Shown in pieces: positions 36,577-44,907 of a DNA stretch of 64,000 nucleotides (position 1 is its first letter; every line of letters begins with the position of its first letter). Below the pieces are notes generated by a model, which worked only from the letters and a program-made list of their open reading frames with translations, did no database searches and was not told the origin of the DNA. The position numbers and the translations under genes were made by a program. This DNA is from Dehalococcoidia bacterium (lineage in GTDB: Bacteria; Chloroflexota; Dehalococcoidia; Lucifugimonadales; UBA3495): NCBI GenBank assembly GCA_965219925.1, contig OZ244795.1, forward strand, positions 4,165,049 to 4,229,048, read 5' to 3'.

Positions 36577-37955
36577 TGGCTCCCCGGGGCCCTACCGAAG
36601 CATCCGCCACTCGCTCCGAGACCCAACCGCCGGTTCCCCTGGACCCGGAAGACTTCGCCAGCCAGGTGCTGGGCATAAACCTGTGGTCGAAACAGCGGGA
36701 GGTGCTGCGAGCGGTGGCCTGCCACCGGCGAGTGGCAGTGAAGTCGGGCAACGGGTTGGGCAAAGATTTTACCGCTGCCGTGGCAGTGTTGTGGTACCTG
36801 CATCAACACGACCCTGCCATTGTGCTCAGCACCGCTCCCACCTTCCGGCAGGTGCGGCATGTCCTGTGGCGTCAAATACGGGGACTATACCGCCGGGCGT
36901 CGGGCGCTGTGGGGGGCGAACTGTTGGACACGCGCCTGGAACTGGCCGGGGACCGTTATGCTCTGGGCCTTTCGTCCACCGGCGCCGACCAGTTTCAGGG
37001 GTTTCACTGCCAGAATATGTTCATCGTGGTGGACGAAGCCGGCGGGGTCAGCGAACCCATCTACGAGGCCATCGACGCAATCATGACTTCGGCCAATCCG
37101 CGCCTGCTGCTCATCGGCAATCCAACCACGCCGTCCGGGGCGTTCCACCGGGCGTTTTACCAGGAGAGCGGCATCTACGAAACGATCACCATATCGGCGC
37201 TGGAATCGCCCAACGTGGTGGCTGGCGCCGTGGTGATTCCGGGATTGACGACCGCCGAATGGGTGGCCGAGCGCCGGGCGGTTTGGGGTCAGGACAGCCC
37301 GGTGTACCGGGCGCGCATCCTGGGGGAGTTTCCCGACCGGGCGGAGGACTCGTTGTTCAGCGTTTCTGACATCGAAGCGGCGGTCATGCCGACGGATGCC
37401 CCCGGGTATCGCGACGTCGCAGGACGGGAACCGGTGATGATCGGGGTGGATGTGGCCCGATACGGCAGCGACCGGAGCGTAGTGTTGGTGAGACAGGGCG
37501 ACGTAGTGCAGGATATTCAGGTGTATCCCCGGCTCGACACCATGGAGTTGGTGGGACGCGTCATCACGACGGTGCGCGAACGTACCCCCGAGCTGGTGAA
37601 CGTGGATGAAGTGGGACTTGGCGCCGGCGTGCTGGATCGCCTGCGGGAGTTGGGAATCCAGGCCCGCGGCGTGAACGGAGCGGCGCGCCCGTTTCTTGAC
37701 TCTATCTGCGGCAACCTGCGTGCCGAGGGTTACTGGTCGCTGCGGGAAAGATTCCAGAACCGCCGCATTCGCATACCCAGAGACGCAGAACTGATGGCTG
37801 AATTGGCGGCGTTGCGCTACCGGATCAACAGCAGTGGCAAGGTGATGATTGAGAGCAAGGAAACCATCAGAGGACGCGGTCTCCCGTCACCGGACAAAGC
37901 CGACGCCCTGATGCTGGCATTTCTGAAGGATGTCCCGCCGGTTGCGCTCTTGTGA
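36576..37955 (+). CDS. phage terminase large subunit
   Basis: P-loop-like KSGNGLGKDFTAAVAVLWYL, Walker B MFIVVDEAGGV, and a C-terminal nuclease-like GVDVARYGSDRSV. The portal gene follows. Confidence 0.85.
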   Translation: MAPRGPTEASATRSETQPPVPLDPEDFASQVLGINLWSKQREVLRAVACHRRVAVKSGNGLGKDFTAAVAVLWYLHQHDPAIVLSTAPTFRQVRHVLWRQIRGLYRRASGAVGGELLDTRLELAGDRYALGLSSTGADQFQGFHCQNMFIVVDEAGGVSEPIYEAIDAIMTSANPRLLLIGNPTTPSGAFHRAFYQESGIYETITISALESPNVVAGAVVIPGLTTAEWVAERRAVWGQDSPVYRARILGEFPDRAEDSLFSVSDIEAAVMPTDAPGYRDVAGREPVMIGVDVARYGSDRSVVLVRQGDVVQDIQVYPRLDTMELVGRVITTVRERTPELVNVDEVGLGAGVLDRLRELGIQARGVNGAARPFLDSICGNLRAEGYWSLRERFQNRRIRIPRDAELMAELAALRYRINSSGKVMIESKETIRGRGLPSPDKADALMLAFLKDVPPVALL

Positions 37956-38058
37956 CCGTAACAGGACCGGGCTTCAAGTGAACCCTCTGAGCCAGGGATC
38001 AGGACACCCGGGAACAATTCTCAACGAGGTTACTTACTCATGATGAGGTTACTTACCC

Positions 38059-39363
38059 ATGCCCAATGAAGCACGAAACCTGAACCATCTGGTCAGGTCG
38101 TTGGCCACCGCTTTGATACCGAGGTCACGACCGGGTGCCCACAGCGCGTCAAACTCGAAACCGACCAGCCCGTTCCCGAGAGTCGAACGCGCCAGCCGGG
38201 CCGCATTCGCCGAACGATGCGCCGCCGAGGAAGGTTTGCCGGCCGGTGAAGGATGGGCGCGCCCGGAGTATGGGCGATACATGGCTACCTCGCCGTCGGT
38301 GTATTCGGCGGTCAAGTTGCGCGCCGATGCAGTTACCCGGCCCCCGTTGCTGGTGTATCGCCACGATGCCGGAAACAGCGGCGGCTTCGGCAGCGCAACG
38401 TCGTCCCGGCTGCGCACCCGGGTCGAACCGACCCATCCGGTGGTGCGCCTGCTGGAGCGGGTCAATCCGTGGTACACCCGCGGCGACCTGTGGCGGGCCA
38501 CCGAGATTTACCTGTGCCTGTGGGGTGCGGCGTTCTGGGCCATCGAGCGGGGCGACGACGGCGAACCGGAGCTGTGGCCGCTGCGTCCTGACCGCATGGC
38601 GGTGATCCCCGACCGGCGACGATACGTGCGGGGGTTCGTTTATCGCGGGAACGCCGACCCGGTGGCATACACGCCCGAAGAGATCATCTGGCTGCGCTAC
38701 TTCAATCCCATGGAGGAGCTGGCGGGTTTGTCGCCACTGGCGCCGGCGCGGCTCTCGGCGGACATGGGGCACGAGGGGCTGCTCTTCAACCGCAACCTGC
38801 TGCGCAACTCGGCGCGCCCGGATTTTCTGCTGCTGACCAACCAGGAGATGAACGAAACGGAGTTGGAGGAGTTCTACACCCGTTGGGAGTCGCGCTACCA
38901 GGGGGCGGACAAATCGTACCGTCCGGCGGTCGCATCGGCGGTGCGCGACGTGAAGACGCTGGGGTTGTCGCACCGGGATCTGGACTTCATCCAGGGGCTG
39001 CGCTGGAGTCTGGAGGAAGTTAGCCGCACGTACGGCGTGCCGAAAGTGCTGCTGGGCGATTTTGAGCGGGCTACCTACGCCAACGTACAGGCCGCCGAGC
39101 GAATGTTCTGGCGCAACACCATCGTGCCCGAGGTGCGGTTCCTGGAAGAACAGCTGAATCGGGTGCTGCTGCCGCGCCTGGGGTATCCCGAACTGACGGT
39201 GGAATTCGATCTGTCGGTGATCGAAGCGTTGCAAGAGGACGAAAACAGCCGAGTCCAGCGTGAAACGGCGCTGCTGGATCGTGGCGTCCTCACCATCAAC
39301 GAGGTGCGACGGGAGCGCAACCTGCCCGAAGTGCCGTGGGGCAACGGGCAGCAGGACGGGTAG
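38059..39363 (+). CDS. phage portal protein (HK97 family)
   Basis: NPWYTRGDLWRATEIYLCLWGAAFW, ELWPLRPDRM, FNPMEELAGLSPL and RTYGVPKVLLGDF. Confidence 0.88.
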   Translation: MPNEARNLNHLVRSLATALIPRSRPGAHSASNSKPTSPFPRVERASRAAFAERCAAEEGLPAGEGWARPEYGRYMATSPSVYSAVKLRADAVTRPPLLVYRHDAGNSGGFGSATSSRLRTRVEPTHPVVRLLERVNPWYTRGDLWRATEIYLCLWGAAFWAIERGDDGEPELWPLRPDRMAVIPDRRRYVRGFVYRGNADPVAYTPEEIIWLRYFNPMEELAGLSPLAPARLSADMGHEGLLFNRNLLRNSARPDFLLLTNQEMNETELEEFYTRWESRYQGADKSYRPAVASAVRDVKTLGLSHRDLDFIQGLRWSLEEVSRTYGVPKVLLGDFERATYANVQAAERMFWRNTIVPEVRFLEEQLNRVLLPRLGYPELTVEFDLSVIEALQEDENSRVQRETALLDRGVLTINEVRRERNLPEVPWGNGQQDG

Positions 39364-39372
39364 TGAGGGTTC

Positions 39373-39595
39373 CGCGTACCCACTTTGTCAAACCAAACTG
39401 GCCCACTGTCATTGCGAAGGGCGCCCACCCTCCACCTGTCATTGCGAGGAGATTCCGCTCATCCCGAGCTTGTCGAGGGACGTGGCAATCTCATTGAGGT
39501 TGAACACACGTCGTCAAACCACCATTGCTACGGCGACGAGATTGCCACCTCCGTATCAAGTACGGGGTCGCAATGACAAAGTGGGAATGCGTGAG
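39373..39595. repeat. MITE-like ~220-bp element with terminal motif CGCGTACCCACTTTGTCA / TGACAAAGTGGGAATGCGTGAG
   Basis: Same family and internal hairpin as 31863-32073. It begins directly after the portal stop codon. A further TGGTTCGACAGGCTCACCATGAGCGG unit lies at 39716-39777. Confidence 0.75.
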
Positions 39596-40033
39596 CCCCA
39601 GCGCTTATTGTCACATTGGGCGCTAAATTGCAATAACGTAATGTCCCTATTGCAATTTCTGCAACAAGTATCGCAGCATCCGCAGGGCCTTTTCACAGTT
39701 GTGGAAATTAACCACCCGCTCGTCCTGAGCCTGTCGAAGGACGGTCGCCGATGGTTCGACAGGCTCACCATGAGCGGAGGTCGGAGGACTTTGAAAAGGC
39801 CCTGCAACATCCGTGGCGCATTTCGTAAGTGTCCCAGGAAGCGGACCCCGGGGTTCGGATGCCGGCTGGCTTCACCTGATGCAACTTGTGAGCGCAATGG
39901 TTTGACACTTGCCGAATTCGACTCGGTGTGGGAAACTGACGCCATATTTCGTAACCGATGCGACGGGTGTGACTCGGTAGCAGTTTGTCTGCTTTCAAGC
40001 GACAATTTCTCAGACAACAAAGGAGTGGCTAGC

Positions 40034-41152
40034 ATGGACTTTGGGCTATTTAACACTTGGAACGCTTTGTACGATGGGGGGAAGGTTCCCTGGGATGCCG
40101 ATTATAGTGGCGGCAAGCTCCTGGAAGAGGAAGCTTACGTTCAGAACTGGAAAGAGATCGAAGCGGTTGAGGATATGGGCTGGGACTACGTCTGGCTCGG
40201 CGGAGGTCACTTCTCCAAGCAGGCGAGCATGGACCCCCAGGTGCTTATGTTGGCCGCCGTCATCGCTGCCCGCACCGAAAACATCAAGATCGGGTCGTCC
40301 ATTCACCGCCCGGTGATGAGGCAGACCGGCGAAACCGTATCCGCATCGGCGCTTCCTCATGAAAGATACGGCTTCGACAACCTGATGATGGAAGACCCCA
40401 TCCAGACCGCGGAGCAGGTCGCCATCGTCGACCAGGTCAGCAAGGGCCGGTTCATCTACGGCGCCGGCGGGCGGACTCGCGGCTCCGACACCCGTCGCGA
40501 ACAGTTCTTCGAGTACCTGGAAGTCATGAAGCAGCTCTGGACTGAGGAAACTTTCTCCGGGTTCGAGGGAAAATATTACAGCTACCCAGCGTTCTACGAG
40601 CCGTACCTCGCTATCCCCAAGCCCGTCCAGAAGCCCTACCCGGCCATGCTGTTGCCGGTGGACAGCCAGGAAAGTTTCGTGCCGATGGGCCAGCAGGGTT
40701 ACCGAATCGCGGTAGGCGCGGGCAGCTCACCCCACAACCTGCGGGGAACTTCGGTCCTGATTGAGGACGTGAAGCGATACAAGCAGGCGTGGCGGGACGC
40801 CGGGCACCCGGGCGAACCCACCACGGTGGTCCGCATACCGACGCTGGTAGCCGACACGAAAGAAGAGGCCACGCGTGAGGTTGACGCCCTCATGTGCCTG
40901 GCCAGGCGATATTACTCCGGCCGGGTGGGTATCGGCAGCACCGACGCCGGCGCCGCCAGCCCCGACGCCACTGAGGAAGTAAACCTGTTCGGGACACCCG
41001 AGGAAGTGGTCGACAAGATCGAGGTTCTCCGGGAAGACTTCGGCACCGACGAGATCATGTTCGAGGTCAACTGGACGTCTTCGGTTCCGCGGGACGTCGT
41101 GATGAACACCATGCGGCTCATTACCGACCGCGTAATCCCCAAGTTCAAGTAA
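40034..41152 (+). CDS. LLM-class (luciferase-like) flavin-dependent oxidoreductase
   Basis: MDFGLF...WDYVWLGGGHFS...GRFIYGAGG. An AGGAG RBS precedes the ATG at 40034. The ORF-track start at 39260 reads through repeats. Confidence 0.85.
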   Translation: MDFGLFNTWNALYDGGKVPWDADYSGGKLLEEEAYVQNWKEIEAVEDMGWDYVWLGGGHFSKQASMDPQVLMLAAVIAARTENIKIGSSIHRPVMRQTGETVSASALPHERYGFDNLMMEDPIQTAEQVAIVDQVSKGRFIYGAGGRTRGSDTRREQFFEYLEVMKQLWTEETFSGFEGKYYSYPAFYEPYLAIPKPVQKPYPAMLLPVDSQESFVPMGQQGYRIAVGAGSSPHNLRGTSVLIEDVKRYKQAWRDAGHPGEPTTVVRIPTLVADTKEEATREVDALMCLARRYYSGRVGIGSTDAGAASPDATEEVNLFGTPEEVVDKIEVLREDFGTDEIMFEVNWTSSVPRDVVMNTMRLITDRVIPKFK

Positions 41153-41218
41153 CATCGGGGACGAACTGGCAGGCACAATCTGCCCGGTTGGTTATGACCA
41201 ACAAGGAGGCGGCCGCGG

Positions 41219-41251
41219 TAACCATCGCGGCCGCTTTCTTTGCGCTCCGGT
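41219..41251 (+). terminator. Rho-independent terminator
   Basis: gcggccgcg / cgcggccgc stem with an 8-nt loop, then tttctttg. Confidence 0.7.
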
Positions 41252-41332
41252 CGAAGTAACATTCATCAGGCGCGATGCGGACGCGCGGCCACCGGCGCGG
41301 CACGGTTGGTGCTGCTCCAATACCCGCCTCGC

Positions 41333-41495
41333 TCTCATTCGTACCCACTTTGTCATTGCGAGCCCGTACTCGATGCGGGGGTTGGCAATCTTGTCGCCGT
41401 AGCAATGGCGGTTCGCCGGCATGTGTTCAACCTCATCGAGATTGCCACGTGGTTCGACAGGCTCACCATGAGCGGCTATGCTCCTCGCAATGACG
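41333..41495. repeat. repeat element of the CGTACCCACTTTGTCATTGCGAG family (left end only)
   Basis: ctcattcgtacccactttgtcattgcgagcccgtactcgatgcggggg...ggcaatcttgtcg...catcgagattgccacgtggttcgacaggctcaccatgagcgg...ctcctcgcaatgac. Confidence 0.75.
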
Positions 41496-41570
41496 GATTA
41501 AGGCAGCCCCGCCCAGGGTTGCCGTTGCCGCCCCGGTGTGGCAAACTGGCTCGCACATACTCGCTCAACG

Positions 41571-41645
41571 GGCGGGCGTAACTCAGTGGTAGAGTGTTTG
41601 CTTCCCAAGCAAAAAGTCGTGGGTTCGAATCCCATCGCCCGCTCC
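41571..41645 (+). tRNA. tRNA-Gly (anticodon CCC), CCA end encoded
   Basis: Hand-folded cloverleaf. Acceptor gcgggcg/cgcccgc, D stem actc/gagt, anticodon stem tttgc/gcaaa with loop ttCCCaa, T stem gtggg/cccat with loop ttcgaat. Confidence 0.9.
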
Positions 41646-41751
41646 AAAACTGCTGCCTGTCTCACGCATCGTCCCGAGAACTGCATTGCCCAGCGCGGCG
41701 CCTCCCGAGAGATTCGGCCCTACTCACACCCCATCACAGGATTTGCTCAAC

Positions 41752-42549
41752 ATGACATCTGCAACCCAAACCTGGACGTCCAGCATCACCGAGATTTCCG
41801 GCTCCCGCGTGGAAATGATAACCGGCGGCTCGGGCAACCCCCTGGTCATCCTGCACGACGAGCTGGGGCATCCCGGCTGGCTCAACTATCATCAAGCCCT
41901 GTCCCGGAATCACACGGTGCACGTCCCGTCGCATCCAGGATTCGGACAGTCGGACCAGCTGGACTGGTCGATGAAGATGCACGACATGGCAATCTGGTAT
42001 CTGGGTGCGTTCGACAAGCTGGGGCTGGAGGGCGCCGACCTGATGGGCTTCTCCCTGGGCGGCTGGCTGGCCGCTGAACTGGCAACCATGTGTCCGCAGC
42101 AGTTCGGTAAGCTGATTCTGGTTGGCGCTGGCGGCGTCCGCCCACCCGGCGGCGAAATCTTTGACATGTTCGAGGTGACACCGCCGTTGTTTATCCGGGC
42201 TTCCCTGCTGGACCCCGACGGCACGCCGGAGTACCGGGACATTTGCCCTGCCGAGCCCGACGAAGACCTGCTGGAACGCTGGGAAACGGCAATGGAAGGC
42301 ACTTGCCGGGTGTCCTGGCGGCCGTACATGCACGATCCTGGCCTGGTGCACCAGGTTTACCGGCTGGAGCGCATCCCCACGCTGCTGGTCTGGGGCGCCC
42401 AGGACGCCATCGTCCCCGTCGCCGCGGGACAGGAATACCACCGTCGCATCCCCGGCAGCCGCCTGGAGATCATCGAAAACTGCGGCCACCACCCCGAGCT
42501 GGAAGCCACCGACCGCTTCGTGGGGCTGGTTGAGGAGTTTTTGGGGTAG
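41752..42549 (+). CDS. alpha/beta-fold hydrolase (meta-cleavage-product hydrolase-like)
   Basis: NPLVILHD, nucleophile elbow GFSLGGW, LVWGAQDAIVP and ENCGHHPELE. Confidence 0.85.
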   Translation: MTSATQTWTSSITEISGSRVEMITGGSGNPLVILHDELGHPGWLNYHQALSRNHTVHVPSHPGFGQSDQLDWSMKMHDMAIWYLGAFDKLGLEGADLMGFSLGGWLAAELATMCPQQFGKLILVGAGGVRPPGGEIFDMFEVTPPLFIRASLLDPDGTPEYRDICPAEPDEDLLERWETAMEGTCRVSWRPYMHDPGLVHQVYRLERIPTLLVWGAQDAIVPVAAGQEYHRRIPGSRLEIIENCGHHPELEATDRFVGLVEEFLG

Positions 42550-42768
42550 GGAAAGCGTTGTTTGCATCGATGGACGGGATGGCAATCGATGTCATGGATA
42601 ACATCTCTGAGATAACGGCTAGAACGTCAAGACCGATGGTTTTGCAATAGTCGCCAAGTCTCGACCTGCGTTGACCATCTGCGGAATGAAACGTGTAATC
42701 CTCCTACGACAACCAGTTTCGCGAAGGGCGATACCGGAGTTCCTCGGCTATCGGTATGGGCTTAGCTA

Positions 42769-42975
42769 ATGACAACCAGTGATGCAGACTACCACAGACC
42801 ACCAGAACTAGACGACATAACTGTCCACTATCGGGATGACGGTCGTTGGGTTACCTGCTTTTGTGCTAAAGTCTTGGCGCGGTCAATCGTCCCGCACTTG
42901 AAGGCAGATCATCCCGACAAGTGGGCAGAGTGGACGCGCCTTTTATCAGGCTACGAGGTGCTGGGTACCCTCTGA
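42769..42975 (+). CDS. small hypothetical protein upstream of the methyltransferase
   Basis: 68 aa in low-GC DNA. It ends 8 nt before the methyltransferase ATG. No motif recognised. Confidence 0.35.
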   Translation: MTTSDADYHRPPELDDITVHYRDDGRWVTCFCAKVLARSIVPHLKADHPDKWAEWTRLLSGYEVLGTL

Positions 42976-42983
42976 AACGCATT

Positions 42984-43892
42984 ATGCGTGCCTTCTCGGA
43001 CGGCGATGGGAACCTTCTTTTTTCGTGGACCGTCGTAGAAAGGGCTATCCGCAACGCAGTTGAATCCGACATGGAGCCATACTCCCCACCAAGAAAGACC
43101 ACGATCAAAGAGTGGGAGCCCAAAGAATTCCGACTGGAAACCGGTACGATATGGGATTTTCCCCACCGTGGTGCTTGGGCGGTCCATACGGGGGATTACC
43201 GCGGAAATTGGCCTCCGCAACTTGTAAGAAATTTGATTCTAAAGTATTCACGCGAGGGCGACCTGATAGTCGATCCATTCATGGGAGGTGGTACAACCCT
43301 TCTAGAGGCTTGGCTCCTACGAAGAAGGAGCTTGGGTATTGACGTGTCCAAGATGGCGGTGCAGACAACCATTGGGAGACTGGACGAAATGGAAGGCGCA
43401 GCGAGGTCGAGCTGCGATATCGTTCTCGACGCGAGAATGAAACCGGTTGTCATGCTAGGAAGTGCTCTGAACGTCCGGGCGATCATTGGCGACATGGATT
43501 CAAATCATGGGAATGTATCATTAGTTTGCATGCACCCCCCGTATCTCAACGCTCTTCAATACACTAAGAATACTGAAGATGATCTATACCGTATCGATGA
43601 CCCGAAAGAGTTCGGAAGCCGGATGAGATTTTTGGCTAAAGAAGTCTACCGAGCCTTGGAACCGGGCGGGTTCTGTGCCGTGTTAATGGGCGACGTTCGT
43701 AAAGCCGGAAAGCTAGTCCCGCTGGGGTATGAGACGTTTACCGAATTCAAGGAAGCCCGATTTGAAGTACAGGACATCATAGTCAAGCCCCAGCACCACG
43801 ACAGAAGTTCCGAGTTTTACTCGCGCACCGAAAAGCAATTATTGCTTTCCCACGAGTACTTATTTGTCCTGAGGAAACCCAAGGATGACTAA
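42984..43892 (+). CDS. SAM-dependent DNA (nucleic-acid) methyltransferase
   Basis: Motif I region GDLIVDPFMGGGTTLLEA comes first, followed by an unusual motif IV, CMHPPY. The order is therefore I then IV. Confidence 0.75.
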   Translation: MRAFSDGDGNLLFSWTVVERAIRNAVESDMEPYSPPRKTTIKEWEPKEFRLETGTIWDFPHRGAWAVHTGDYRGNWPPQLVRNLILKYSREGDLIVDPFMGGGTTLLEAWLLRRRSLGIDVSKMAVQTTIGRLDEMEGAARSSCDIVLDARMKPVVMLGSALNVRAIIGDMDSNHGNVSLVCMHPPYLNALQYTKNTEDDLYRIDDPKEFGSRMRFLAKEVYRALEPGGFCAVLMGDVRKAGKLVPLGYETFTEFKEARFEVQDIIVKPQHHDRSSEFYSRTEKQLLLSHEYLFVLRKPKDD

Positions 43893-44245
43893 GGAAAATT
43901 GTTTGACAGGCCAAAAACTGCTCGGGTTGGTATGAATAGGGAACAATCAGCGGTCTTTTGGATCATGCCGACCGCCGAACCGAGCGAGTATGAGGAAGTC
44001 CTTTCCTGCAGTGCTGTTTCCCTAGTCCTCAGCGACTAGGGAAGTCGCCTTGCGTTGTGTTGCTACGCGGTAGCGTAGGGGTTTTGTGCCTTAGCATCGC
44101 AAGCATAATCTGGAATGGGAAATCACAGAGGAAAGCTAATGTGCATGCGACGCCGCAATGAACCTAAAGTGGGAGAACTGAGCGACGGAACTATATCCCT
44201 ATTTTGTCGCGATGCTCGACTAATGGCAGAAAGGTTCTGTTACTT

Positions 44246-44632
44246 ATGAGCTACATACGGCTATTCAGCACTCACTGGAAAAATAGCATCGCATGGCTTG
44301 TCTGCGGCGGCGCGGGCATGCTCGGGCTATGGGGTGCCGGGTTGTTGGTGTTCTTTTTCCTACAAAATCCACCTTGGCTCGAACTCGTCGACAGAGGCCA
44401 GTTCTTCCTCTACAGCGTAGGATTTCTTAGTCAAGCCATGTACATACTCACGAAGGAGCGTAAAATTACGACGATCCCTCACCGGGGAACGCTTCTTTGT
44501 TGTACTGCAGTTACCTTCCTCGTGTGCACGTTAATGTTCGCAGGGTACGTGTTTGCAAACTTTGCGGATAGCGCCAACATAAACGCGAGGACGGTTCCCT
44601 TGCGCTGGGTCGGCCTATCCGTTCTAAACTAA
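44246..44632 (+). CDS. membrane protein truncated by the MITE (the stop codon is supplied by the element)
   Basis: Several TM segments. Removing 44624-44780 (element plus 5 nt) restores an open frame through 44903 that adds 40 residues, including a further hydrophobic segment. Confidence 0.5.
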   Translation: MSYIRLFSTHWKNSIAWLVCGGAGMLGLWGAGLLVFFFLQNPPWLELVDRGQFFLYSVGFLSQAMYILTKERKITTIPHRGTLLCCTAVTFLVCTLMFAGYVFANFADSANINARTVPLRWVGLSVLN

Positions 44633-44775
44633 AGCCAAGGTGAAATGCGCAGATGGTGGGGGTCAAACGACGGAGCCGGGTCGTTCTCCGAGTACGGATG
44701 AGAGGGATTCACGGACTTAACCCAGCTGATCATCATCGCCACTTAAATGTACATCCCACCTTGGCTTTAGTTTAG
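44624..44775 (+). mobile_element. 152-bp MITE, copy 1
   Basis: 19-bp terminal inverted repeats ctaaactaaagccaaggtg / caccttggctttagtttag. Identical over all 152 bp to 50198-50349. Flanked by ccgtt / tcgtt. Confidence 0.9.
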
Positions 44776-44907
44776 TCGTTTCAGTAGCTATTGGATTTTT
44801 GGTCACGATTGCTAACGAAGAACGCACCGATGTAGACATCCCGGAGTTAGGCCAGTCGGGCGTGCGTCGTTTGGAAGACCAAATTCCGGAAGGACCGGTG
44901 TAACAAA

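Noticed and set aside
36428-37369. 313-aa alternative-frame ORF overlapping the terminase gene
   Set aside because: The translation is a G/R/P-rich low-complexity sequence. The overlapping frame encodes a terminase with Walker motifs.
39260-40033. N-terminal 258-codon extension of the LLM oxidoreductase ORF (the ORF track gives 630 aa)
   Set aside because: The extension overlaps the portal gene end and reads through MITE-like repeats, giving typical repeat-derived peptides such as VLSLSKDGRRWFDRLTMSG. The real start is the ATG at 40034, which follows an AGGAG RBS and begins the conserved MDFGLF sequence.
41571-41645. tRNA-Gly as the integration site of the 42.6-46.2 kb island
   Set aside because: An ordinary high-GC hydrolase gene lies between the tRNA and the island. 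I could not find a direct repeat of the tRNA 3' end downstream by eye. The island's right border instead coincides with the orphan TPP-gene fragment.
42921-42983. Possible frameshift joining the 68-aa ORF to the methyltransferase
   Set aside because: An in-frame ATG at 42984 lies 8 nt after the upstream stop, and the methyltransferase domain begins after it. Two adjacent genes explain the data without invoking a frameshift.
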